Shown one piece after another: positions 51,170-59,933 of a stretch of 64,000 nucleotides of DNA. Location of the stretch: positions 39,617-103,616 of the forward strand of contig JAVRCV020000055.1 in NCBI GenBank assembly GCA_034530615.2. The letters run 5' to 3'. Under the pieces are notes generated by a model. That model searched no databases. It was given only the letters and a program-made list of their open reading frames with translations, and was not told the DNA's origin. Origin of the DNA: Aulosira sp. ZfuVER01 (GTDB lineage: Bacteria; Cyanobacteriota; Cyanobacteriia; Cyanobacteriales; Nostocaceae). The translations under genes and the position numbers were made by a program. Each line of letters begins with the position of its first letter. Position 1 is the first letter of the stretch.

Positions 51170-53920
51170 TTATGCTACGCCTTGTAATTGCTGTTGATTG
51201 AGGTAAAAATAATGCCCTCGCTTTGCCATCAATTCTGCATGAGTTCCACTCTCAATCAATACGCCTTTATCTAGTACCAAAATCATATCTGCATTTTGTA
51301 CAGTGGAAAGACGATGAGCAATTACTAAAGTAGTTCTTCCTTGAAGAATTGTGTTCAAATTTTGCTGAATAATTCTTTCTGACTCAGTATCTAAATGGGA
51401 AGTCGCTTCATCTAAAATTAGCAATCGAGGATTACCTAACAAGGCTCTAGCAATAGCTATTCGTTGTCGTTGTCCACCAGATAATAAACCGCCACCTTCA
51501 CCAATTTGGGTTTCATAACCCATTGGTAATTTTTTAATAAACTCATCAGCACCCGCTAATTTTGCGGCTTCGATAACTTCGGTTAGAGGTGCGCCGGGAT
51601 GTCCTAAGCTAATATTTTCTCTAATTGTTCCGCCAAATAAAAAGGTGTCTTGGTCAACTACCCCAACTTCTTGGCGCAAGGAACGCAAGGAAATACTAGT
51701 AATATCTTGTCCATCAATTAGCACTTTACCATCGGTAGGCGGATATAAGCCTAAAACTAACTTAGAAATAGTAGTTTTTCCAGAGCCACTACGTCCAACT
51801 AGCGCTACCATTTGTCCCGGTTTTACTTCAAAATTGAGATTTTCTAAAATATTGACATCACTTTCTGGGTGATAGCGGAATGTGACATTTTCAAAGCGGA
51901 TATTTCCCCGAATATACGGGAGATTTTGACGTGCTTGGTGTTGTAAATCTTCTTCTGGGTCTGTATCTAAGACATCATTAATACGTTCGACGGCAATCAC
52001 GACTTCCTGCAATTGATTCCACAATACTATTAAACGTTGGAATGGTGTAATAATATTGCCTAAAAGCATATTAAAAGCCACTAACTGCCCAATAGTTAGC
52101 TGGTTTTGAATTACCAAATGTGCCCCAAACCATAGTAAGGCAGTAGTTACTACTGCTTCAATAGCATTGCTAAAAATTTGCAAGCGGTTACTAATAACTT
52201 GCCCAGAAAAGTTGGTTTTGATTTCTTTATTTAATAACTCTTCCCAATGCCAACGAACTGTATGTTCTACTGCCGTAGCTTTGACTGTTCGGACACCAGT
52301 TAAGGCTTCAATTAAGTAACTACTTTCATTGGCAACAGCATTAAATATTTCTCGTGAAATTCTTTGTAAAAAAGGCGTGGCAATTAATGCTAATAAAGCA
52401 AACGGCGGTACAATCACCAACACTAGCAACGCCATTTTCCAACTGTACCAAAACATTAATCCTACATAGATAAATACTGTGAGTAAATCTAGGAGGATAG
52501 ATAATGCTTCGCCGGAAAGAAAGCGTTGGATTTTACGGTTTTCCTGGACGCGGGAGATAATATCCCCTACATAACGGGACTCGAAGAAACTCAAGGGTAA
52601 GCGCAAGGTATGGCGAATAAACCCAACAATTAATGCTAAGTCTATACGATTAGCTGTGTGGTCTAGTAGATATTGCCGCAACCCTGTCATCGCTACCCGG
52701 AAGAGGCTAAAAATCAGCAAGCCTATTCCCACCGCTGTTAAAGTCAGTTGCGATCGCTGTACAACTACCCGATCTAAAATTAACTGGGTGAACAGGGGCG
52801 TAATCAGACCAAATATCTGGATAAATACTGAAGCAACAAATACTTCCAGCATCACCAGACTGTGAGGCTTGAGTAACTCAAAAAATTGCCAAAAAGGGGT
52901 AGAACTTTCTTTAGCATCTTTCAGCATGGCTGTGGGTTGCAGTAGCAGTGTATAACCAGTCCAGCCAAGTTGAAATTCTGCGTGACTCAGGGTGCGTTGA
53001 CCAATACCTGGGTCTGCAACAATGACGTGTTTCGGGGTAATTTCGTAGACTACAATGTAATGCTTGCCTTCCCAGTGGACAATTGCAGGCAATTTTTGCT
53101 TTGCTAACTGGTTAAGGCTAGCCTTTACAGGTCGTGTGGCAAAGCCAAGACTTTCCGCCGCCGTTAATAACCCCCGCAACGATGCACCATTGCGGTCTAC
53201 ATTGGCGATATCCCGCAAACGATTCACACTAAAGCGTTTACCCCAATAGCGAGACACCATGACCAAACAAGCTGCACCACAGTCTGATGCACTTTGCTGG
53301 GCAAAAAACGGATAACGGCGAGTCACCCGTTGCCATAAATGCCCGACTCGCTCGGTAGGTTTGGGAAAATAGGCTTTACTAATCTTTTTTTGTGGCGGCT
53401 CTGGGGTAGCCGTTGACAAATTATTTGTTTTATGTATTGAGGTCGAGGCGTAGGCGTAGCCCGTCGTAGACATCGCTGTTACAGGGAAACGATCGGGTTC
53501 TACTTGTAGGGAATTACGAGATAGTGCTGCTTGCCACAAATGTTCCCTAATTGGGGGATGATTAGCCATTAATCGCCACAACACCTCAGCAGGAACAAAG
53601 CATAATTGCAAATTTATCGAAGCCCTAGCAGCATAAGGCTTGAACTCAGCTTCTGGAAATAAGGTAAATTCACCAAATGAACTGTCCCGATCCAAAGTGG
53701 CGATCAACTCATCTGCATGATTAAGTAACCTCACCTTACCAGCGATCGCAATGTAGATACCTGGTTCAACGTCAGTTCCTTGCCAGAACTTACCAACTTT
53801 GGGGTTGATAAATTTAAATTGTTGCAGACAGCGCTGAAATTCTGCCTCGGAAAGCGAATACCCCAAAAGATTGTTGAACTGTTCCAGAGATACTAACGGA
53901 TCTGATAGATTTTGCACCAT
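51170..53920 (-). CDS. Peptidase-containing ABC transporter (cNMP-like + C39 + TMD + NBD)
   Basis: QQSASDCGAAC, HYIVV, VADP, GRSGSGKT and LSGGQRQR motifs. Confidence 0.95.
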   Translation of the reverse strand: MVQNLSDPLVSLEQFNNLLGYSLSEAEFQRCLQQFKFINPKVGKFWQGTDVEPGIYIAIAGKVRLLNHADELIATLDRDSSFGEFTLFPEAEFKPYAARASINLQLCFVPAEVLWRLMANHPPIREHLWQAALSRNSLQVEPDRFPVTAMSTTGYAYASTSIHKTNNLSTATPEPPQKKISKAYFPKPTERVGHLWQRVTRRYPFFAQQSASDCGAACLVMVSRYWGKRFSVNRLRDIANVDRNGASLRGLLTAAESLGFATRPVKASLNQLAKQKLPAIVHWEGKHYIVVYEITPKHVIVADPGIGQRTLSHAEFQLGWTGYTLLLQPTAMLKDAKESSTPFWQFFELLKPHSLVMLEVFVASVFIQIFGLITPLFTQLILDRVVVQRSQLTLTAVGIGLLIFSLFRVAMTGLRQYLLDHTANRIDLALIVGFIRHTLRLPLSFFESRYVGDIISRVQENRKIQRFLSGEALSILLDLLTVFIYVGLMFWYSWKMALLVLVIVPPFALLALIATPFLQRISREIFNAVANESSYLIEALTGVRTVKATAVEHTVRWHWEELLNKEIKTNFSGQVISNRLQIFSNAIEAVVTTALLWFGAHLVIQNQLTIGQLVAFNMLLGNIITPFQRLIVLWNQLQEVVIAVERINDVLDTDPEEDLQHQARQNLPYIRGNIRFENVTFRYHPESDVNILENLNFEVKPGQMVALVGRSGSGKTTISKLVLGLYPPTDGKVLIDGQDITSISLRSLRQEVGVVDQDTFLFGGTIRENISLGHPGAPLTEVIEAAKLAGADEFIKKLPMGYETQIGEGGGLLSGGQRQRIAIARALLGNPRLLILDEATSHLDTESERIIQQNLNTILQGRTTLVIAHRLSTVQNADMILVLDKGVLIESGTHAELMAKRGHYFYLNQQQLQGVA
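53451..53471. repeat. 21-nt SDR5-like element inserted in a HIP1 site, in frame within the transporter
   Basis: GCG[TAGGCGTAGCCCGTCGTAGAC]ATCGC. Confidence 0.85.
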
Positions 53921-54539
53921 GAATCCCTGAGTCTGTTCCTAATTTTGCAAAATTGATAGGCAAAAATTCACTATTATCTGGTGTATTTTCTGATTTAAGG
54001 TCGCTAATTAAAATTTTGGCACTCTTGCTTTTTTCTACACTGTTTTCCTCAACAGTCACAGATTTTGGTCGAATCGATAAACCCATTTGCTTCAGCAGTC
54101 GATTAATATGATGACCGCTGACTTTAATTCCCAAATCTTTCGCCAACTGTTGACTCAACCAGTTACCTGTCCAACGCCCAAAAGAATAGCCATAATCGCG
54201 GGGACTATGACTGATAAGTTCTTTTAAACGTTCTAAATATTCTTCATTTACTGCTTTAGGGCGACCAATTGCACAATCCTGCCATTGATGCGCCATACCA
54301 GTACGCGCTATGTGCATCCAATGTCTGGCCGTTGCTGGACAGCAGCCTACTATCTGACAAATTGTGGTTTGAGATTTTCCCTCATCTGCCATTAACATAA
54401 TTTCAATACGCTGACGGTAAGACTCAGGTAAATCTTCTTGTAAACTCTTTTGCAGAATTTTGCGTTGAAAAGATGTTAAACACTTACCATCAAATTTCCC
54501 TGAATATTTAGTGTCAGTTTTCGTTTGGTAGTGCGACAT
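53814..54539 (-). CDS. Helix-turn-helix protein resembling an IS630 transposase N-terminus, with no DDE domain; candidate regulator
   Basis: HTH, GRP motif and P..YGY....WT...L winged-HTH pattern. Confidence 0.75.
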   Translation of the reverse strand: MSHYQTKTDTKYSGKFDGKCLTSFQRKILQKSLQEDLPESYRQRIEIMLMADEGKSQTTICQIVGCCPATARHWMHIARTGMAHQWQDCAIGRPKAVNEEYLERLKELISHSPRDYGYSFGRWTGNWLSQQLAKDLGIKVSGHHINRLLKQMGLSIRPKSVTVEENSVEKSKSAKILISDLKSENTPDNSEFLPINFAKLGTDSGIHGAKSIRSVSISGTVQQSFGVFAFRGRISALSATI

Positions 54540-55151
54540 ATTTAACTAGATATCTACTAAGTTTTTAGGTACATTAGCCAAGTGTTGCTTTTTTATTTAT
54601 AAATTATAAAAGCAAGATTAACACCATATCAATTGTTAGCAAAGATAAATTATTCAGGACAAAATCGATTAAAAGATACTAACAAAAACAGTTGACTGCA
54701 TTTTAATTTGAGAGCCATCTACAACTTTCAAGCAGTAAATTGAAAGTATGTCGAAGTCCCTTTGAGTCGATATAGAAGCTATTTAGGCACGAATTATGCC
54801 AATATATAAATAATTAAAACCGTAATAAAGTAAAGATAAGGTTAAAAAATAGTATTTCCATGTTTAAGATTTATTAGCTTATTAGGATAAGCCCAAGGTT
54901 GATCTAATTCCGGCATATATTTAAAGTTCATTCCATAGAATTCTGTAATAAAAGTTATTGGTAAAAATACAGTTGAAAGTATAGTCAAACGATTAATTCT
55001 TTCGCCGGTTGATCTTATTAGCTAGTTGGTTCATGGTATTGCTCCTTTGTGAACATGTAAAAATGTTTCGTGTGAATAAATGCTTTAGAGACACCTTGTT
55101 GGTTCCAAGCGTCTCCTACAAGCAGCGAACTTCAATGCTTGGGTATTAGCT

Positions 55152-55584
55152 TCAACCTCTAACTACAGGAGCTAGTTTCATAGCCTTTGTTGTAGCTCCA
55201 TAGTTCGAGTTGTTGACGATGTGTTTTACTTTCTTGAGGAATGTTTTGAAGTTCTCCACTGAGGGAGTGCATCTGAACTTTCCGTTATCTTGCACTTTGA
55301 AGTGCCAGCCGAGGAAATCAAACCCATCTGTCGAGGCAGTCAGCTTAGTTTTCTTTTCACTTACTTTCATTCCTCGTTCTGCGAGGAACTGGCTTATTTT
55401 TCCAAGTATTTCATCGGCGTTATCTTCAGGTTTGGGCAGTATTACCATGTCGTCCGCGTAACGGACTGATGGGTGTATGCTTTCTATCCCGTTGAGCGCG
55501 ATGTTAGCTAATAAGGGACTTACCACTCCCCCTTGCGGGGTTCCTTGTTCTGGGTACCGTGATTCATCACACAACGAATCGCAC
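55152..55584 (-). mobile_element. Group II intron remnant: 5' end plus reverse transcriptase domains 4-7 and start of X
   Basis: GTGCGATTCGTT at 55584, then after about 30 nt GTPQGGVVSPLLANIAL, RYADD, GFDFLG and LAPVVRG*. Confidence 0.85.
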
Positions 55585-55658
55585 TCAACTCCTAAATGCA
55601 ACTTCCGTCACGTCCGTCTTTTAGCTACTCCATGTGTGCGGACTTTCCATTCACCTTC
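55585..55658 (-). mobile_element. IS5-family (IS903-like) transposase fragment, the intron's 5' exon
   Basis: Translates EGEWKVRTHGVAKRRT*RKLHLGV, matching the conserved GEWK..HG..KRRTWRKLHL motif. Confidence 0.75.
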
Positions 55659-56130
55659 AGAGAATGCTCAGACTGTGCCAAGCGATCGCTATATTGCTGA
55701 TGGCGAGATTTTACAATTAGGCTCTGTACAAATTCAAGCGATCGCCACTCCCGGACACACCGACAGCCACATGGCTTACCTAGTTAACGGTACTCATTTG
55801 TTAACCGGAGATGCCTTATTTATTGGAGGTTGCGGTCGTACCGACTTCCAAAACGGCGATCCTGGGTTACTCTACGATGTCGTTACCCAAAAACTATTTA
55901 CCCTACCAGATGACACATGGGTATTTCCCGGCCACGACTATCAAGGAAGAACAGTATCTACTATTGGCGAACAAAAGTCCTCGAATCTCCGATTTGTTGG
56001 ACGCAACCGCAGCCAATTTATTGAATTGATGAACAATTTGAATCTTCCTTATCCTAAAAAGATGTCAGAAGCCGTACCAGCTAATCAGCGTGGAGGCAAA
56101 GTTTTAGTGACCTTGGATTATCAAATTTGA
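55659..56130 (+). pseudogene. 5'-truncated MBL-fold hydrolase (ETHE1/persulfide dioxygenase-like)
   Basis: TPGHT, TGDAL..GCGRTDFQ and PGHDY are present; the N-terminal HxHxDH motif is replaced by mobile-element debris. Confidence 0.82.
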
Positions 56131-56546
56131 GCCATCATATAGCACACGCTTTGAATACTAATGGTAAGGGTACAACAATGTTGCACCCTTACTTAGTCTG
56201 TTCAATTACTTTGATTATAAATTGACTAATTTACTGTTTCTAATTTCATAAATTCAGTTTATCAATTTCAAAATAAAAAATATTTGCTTCTCTTATTTAG
56301 CAAGTTCTATCTTATAAATAAGAGCAATTAAATACTGCTCTGAAAGAATTTTAATTTGTATTTTAGAAAAAAAATCATCAGCCGTTAGATATATAAATCT
56401 GACGTTGTTAAATTCTCTACTGCCATGTGGCATATCAACAAAAGTGGCATCAACCTTTAGTCATAAATTGGCTATTACTTGAGGATGCTTTTGCAATTGA
56501 ATTGCCAATTTCCCTGCCTGATTAGACTATCCATCCCGTCAATGCC

Positions 56547-57053
56547 ATGAAAAATATTTATAGCTTATCTAAAGCTGTGTTGGCTTTAAGTTTTGGAATG
56601 TTTATGCTGCCTATTTCCAAAACCTATGCCGTTGATGCCAGCACTACGTATAGTCAAACGAGTATCCCAGGAGTAACTTATTATTTCACTATTGCTGTAC
56701 CTACTTTTGCGGCAAAACCCTTACAACAAGTAACGCTGACGCAAATCGAAGGTGGCGAACATATTGAGTTTGATGCTAAACAGAGTAAGGCTTTTGTGGG
56801 AACAAGCGATCGCGCTGCTGAAAATCTGCCAGTTTCCCTAGTCAAGAACCCCAGTCAAGACGATTCAGTAATAGTCCAGTTCGCGCAGCCCTTACCGCCA
56901 GGGAAAACTGTAACAATTGCTCTCAAGGCGTACAGTAATCCTACTTGGGATGGGGTTTATTTATTTAATCTCAACATTGCTCCTGCAAACCAGAATACAG
57001 AAGCTCTACCTCTTGGTATAGCTCGCTTACAATTTTATCCACCAGACTTCTGA
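56547..57053 (+). CDS. DUF2808-like secreted protein
   Basis: Signal peptide; TYYFTI.VP, F..P.PPG.TVTI.L and NP...GVYLF motifs. Confidence 0.75.
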   Translation: MKNIYSLSKAVLALSFGMFMLPISKTYAVDASTTYSQTSIPGVTYYFTIAVPTFAAKPLQQVTLTQIEGGEHIEFDAKQSKAFVGTSDRAAENLPVSLVKNPSQDDSVIVQFAQPLPPGKTVTIALKAYSNPTWDGVYLFNLNIAPANQNTEALPLGIARLQFYPPDF

Positions 57054-57147
57054 AGAATTTGCTTGCAAACTACTACAGACAAATCTCATCACCAGATTTG
57101 TGATGTTTTAAAGTACACCTTTACTAAGGTGTATTTTTTGTTAACAA

Positions 57148-58119
57148 CTAATAACCAGCATCCTTATCTACAATATTCCTTAGAGGTTGACCGTTGTAAT
57201 GGCGTGTAAAATTATCGAGAAAAAGTGCGTAGGCGCAGCCCGCCGCAGGCATCGCTCGCTCTTTGGTTTTGGGAGAATGACCAGAACAGTGAGGTGTAAT
57301 AAAAATATTTGGTTGAGTCCACAAAGGACTTTCCGGGAGTAGCGGTTCTGTAAATACTGTATCTAAAGCTGCACCAGCAATTTTACCTGCTTGCAACGCT
57401 TCTATCAGTGCGGGTTCATCAACAATCGCACCACGCGCAATATTAATTAGATAAGCATCGGGACGCATAAGGTTGAAGACTTCTGCATCTATTAATCCCT
57501 TAGTTTCTCTAGTCAGAGGAGTAGCAATAACAACATAATGGGCTTCACTCAGGAGTGGTTTCCATTCATTTGCACCCACTACTTTGTCAAAATTAGCTAA
57601 TGGTTGCGGATGACGACGACTACCATAAATATTTAATCCAAAAGCTTTAGCACGCTTGGCAATTTCTTGCCCAATTCCACCCGCACCAATAATTAATAAT
57701 GTTTTATCTTGGAGTTCTTCACTTCTTAAGCCTCGCTGCCAACTTTTTTGAGCTTGCAACTCATGCAATTTCTGAAAATTCTTGGCGTAAGACAAAATAT
57801 AAGCAATGACAAATTCGGCCATAGGAATCGCATGAAGTCCCGCGCCGTTTGTTAAAATGATTTCCCGTTCTAAATATTGTGGTGTGAGAATGTTATTTAC
57901 ACCTGCATTTGTTGCTTGATGCCAACGCAATTTAGGTGCTGCATTTAGAACCTTCTGTAACGTTGTCGGTTTTATATAATATAGCCAACTAAAATATACT
58001 TCTGCATCTGTAGCATCACCATCAATATTACCATCAACATCTGCCCGGACAAATTTTATATCTTCAGGTAGATGCGGCTGAATTTCATCAGCAACTTCTA
58101 TTGGTAGAATTAGCTTCAC
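57148..58119 (-). CDS. D-2-hydroxyacid dehydrogenase
   Basis: GAGGIG, NIARG, LD...EPL and TPH motifs. Confidence 0.92.
   Translation of the reverse strand: MKLILPIEVADEIQPHLPEDIKFVRADVDGNIDGDATDAEVYFSWLYYIKPTTLQKVLNAAPKLRWHQATNAGVNNILTPQYLEREIILTNGAGLHAIPMAEFVIAYILSYAKNFQKLHELQAQKSWQRGLRSEELQDKTLLIIGAGGIGQEIAKRAKAFGLNIYGSRRHPQPLANFDKVVGANEWKPLLSEAHYVVIATPLTRETKGLIDAEVFNLMRPDAYLINIARGAIVDEPALIEALQAGKIAGAALDTVFTEPLLPESPLWTQPNIFITPHCSGHSPKTKERAMPAAGCAYALFLDNFTRHYNGQPLRNIVDKDAGY
57230..57250. repeat. 21-nt SDR5-like element in a HIP1 site, in frame
   Basis: GCG[TAGGCGCAGCCCGCCGCAGGC]ATCGC. Confidence 0.85.
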
Positions 58120-58210
58120 GATATCCTACTCCTTTAATATTTTGAGTGTAATGGAGCAATACGCGATCGCTATTACAACAATTTTCACTTACATTTTGAA
58201 TTTTGAATTG

Positions 58211-59215
58211 TTATTGTTTTGGCTGTGTCACAAACCAATCATTCAAGTTAAAATCAGACTCAGCTAATTTCTGGGAGATTAAAAACTTCTTTGTGCCTTC
58301 TAAAAGTTGCACTCCTCGATCTGGCAACGGTTCTACTGGGAATTGAGTAATGGGAAAAGAAGCCTTGACTACATCAAGAGGATATCCCGACACATCAGCA
58401 TGAAATTTGTAGTAAGCTTCTGAGTTCGCTTGAATATCTTTGACAGATGCTTGTTTGATTTGATTCCATTTTTGGGGAAAATCTGGATGTTTCGCCAGGA
58501 AAGCTTCTGTGGCTACAGTCACGCTTGTACCTGGTAAATCTGGATGTTTAACCGCTTCATCAATTACCGGATACCCTTTCGCTTGTAATAGCGGCCCCGT
58601 ACCAGTGGATGCAGCGATCGCAGCCACATCACCCCGTTCTAATGCGGCTTGGGCTTCACTTGGTAGCAGGTGAACAACAGTGACGCGATCGCTAATTCCA
58701 GACTTTTGCAACAATCCAATTAAATAGCGATGCATATAAGAACCTTTGGAAGTTGCTACCTTCTGCCCTGTGAGTTCGGCTACAGAACGAGGGCCGTTTT
58801 TCTTAGCCACTAACCAAGCATTCATCCCTACTTGTTCTTGCCCAACCAATCGCGTTGGCAGTCCCTTAGCTTTACCAACCAATGCAGGTGTATCACCGTA
58901 AATACCCACATCCACTACCCCCGAAACTAAGGCTTCATTCAGGTTGGGGCCGTTAGGAAAATTCAGCGTCTTGATTTCTGTAATCCCTATTTGTTGCAAT
59001 TCTGGCAAGAGTTTACCTTGATGCATTGCCCATCCTGCTGGTCCAGTAGGCGCTTTCACCTTACCGTTACTAATAAAACCCAAACGCAAGGTGGTAGTTT
59101 TAGCCGCAGATGTAGTTGTGGGATTGGGTACAGCTTGGGAAACAGTCTGTTGGGAACTGCAAGCTGTAGTGAGAAATAACAAACTAGATACAGCTAGAGT
59201 TGATAGTTTAAGCAT
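58211..59215 (-). CDS. SsuA/TauA-like ABC substrate-binding lipoprotein
   Basis: Lipobox TTAC, FPNGP..NEAL, GDTP and G.KVATSKGS motifs; start uncertain (59215-59242). Confidence 0.85.
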   Translation of the reverse strand: MLKLSTLAVSSLLFLTTACSSQQTVSQAVPNPTTTSAAKTTTLRLGFISNGKVKAPTGPAGWAMHQGKLLPELQQIGITEIKTLNFPNGPNLNEALVSGVVDVGIYGDTPALVGKAKGLPTRLVGQEQVGMNAWLVAKKNGPRSVAELTGQKVATSKGSYMHRYLIGLLQKSGISDRVTVVHLLPSEAQAALERGDVAAIAASTGTGPLLQAKGYPVIDEAVKHPDLPGTSVTVATEAFLAKHPDFPQKWNQIKQASVKDIQANSEAYYKFHADVSGYPLDVVKASFPITQFPVEPLPDRGVQLLEGTKKFLISQKLAESDFNLNDWFVTQPKQ

Positions 59216-59304
59216 TGAGAAACGAACCACAGAGGAGGACACTTCCGTGCGGGGGTTTCCCCTGTTGAGGAAAGTGTCCGTCGCACGGAGGACACAGAGT
59301 TTTT

Positions 59305-59634
59305 TTATTTGAGCTGCTTAAGTATTTGGTGTGTGGAATCTTCTTTCGCTAACGAAGTGCGATCGCGTCCCCAACCGACATTTCTGCGGTAGCTACCCAG
59401 AAGTTCAGCCTGTTTGAGTAATTCTTCATCCACTGAATCTAAAGGATCGACTTGTGGCGCTACATACAAAGCATCCACCGGACAGTACAGTTCGCACATG
59501 AAACAGGTTTGACAATCACTTTGCCTCGCAATAGTAGGCGGTGTATCTGGCACTTTATCAAACACATTTGTTGGGCAAACGTTAACGCAAATATTACATT
59601 GAATGCACCGCGACGCGCTTACTAACTCAATCAT
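59305..59634 (-). CDS. 2x[4Fe-4S] ferredoxin family protein
   Basis: CIQCNICVNVCP and CQTCFMCELYCP motifs. Confidence 0.92.
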   Translation of the reverse strand: MIELVSASRCIQCNICVNVCPTNVFDKVPDTPPTIARQSDCQTCFMCELYCPVDALYVAPQVDPLDSVDEELLKQAELLGSYRRNVGWGRDRTSLAKEDSTHQILKQLK

Positions 59635-59635
59635 A

Positions 59636-59930
59636 CGATTTTGGATTTTAGATTTTGCGAAAAGTTGAGCCAGTGCGTTGGACGGGTTTCCCGGCTTGAA
59701 GCAACTGGCGTTGCGTGCGGGGGTTCCCCCCGTTGAGCAAACTTTTCAAGACGGATTTTAGATTGAGGAATGAGGCGCATTGTTGAACATATTTCTTCTT
59801 CTTTGCGCGACAGACACTTTCCTCAACAGGGGAAACCCTTTCGGCAGTTCCTCCTGGGAAGACCCCCAAGATCGGACTGCTTCACCACGGAAGTATCCTC
59901 CTCTGCGACTCTGCGTGAGAAAAAAAGATA
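59636..59930. repeat. Stack of SDR and heptamer repeats inside the operon
   Basis: GATTTT(A/G) heptamers, a CAGTGCGTTGGACGGG...GCAACTGGCG element, and GTGCGGGGGTT..CC..GTTGAG elements also present at 59236-59282. Confidence 0.75.
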
Positions 59931-59933
59931 ATT

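Noticed and set aside
55152..55601. Reverse transcriptase as a retron, DGR or CRISPR-associated RT
   Set aside because: Has a group II intron 5' end and the start of domain X, lacks RT domains 0-3, and no template/variable repeat pair or msr-msd was seen.
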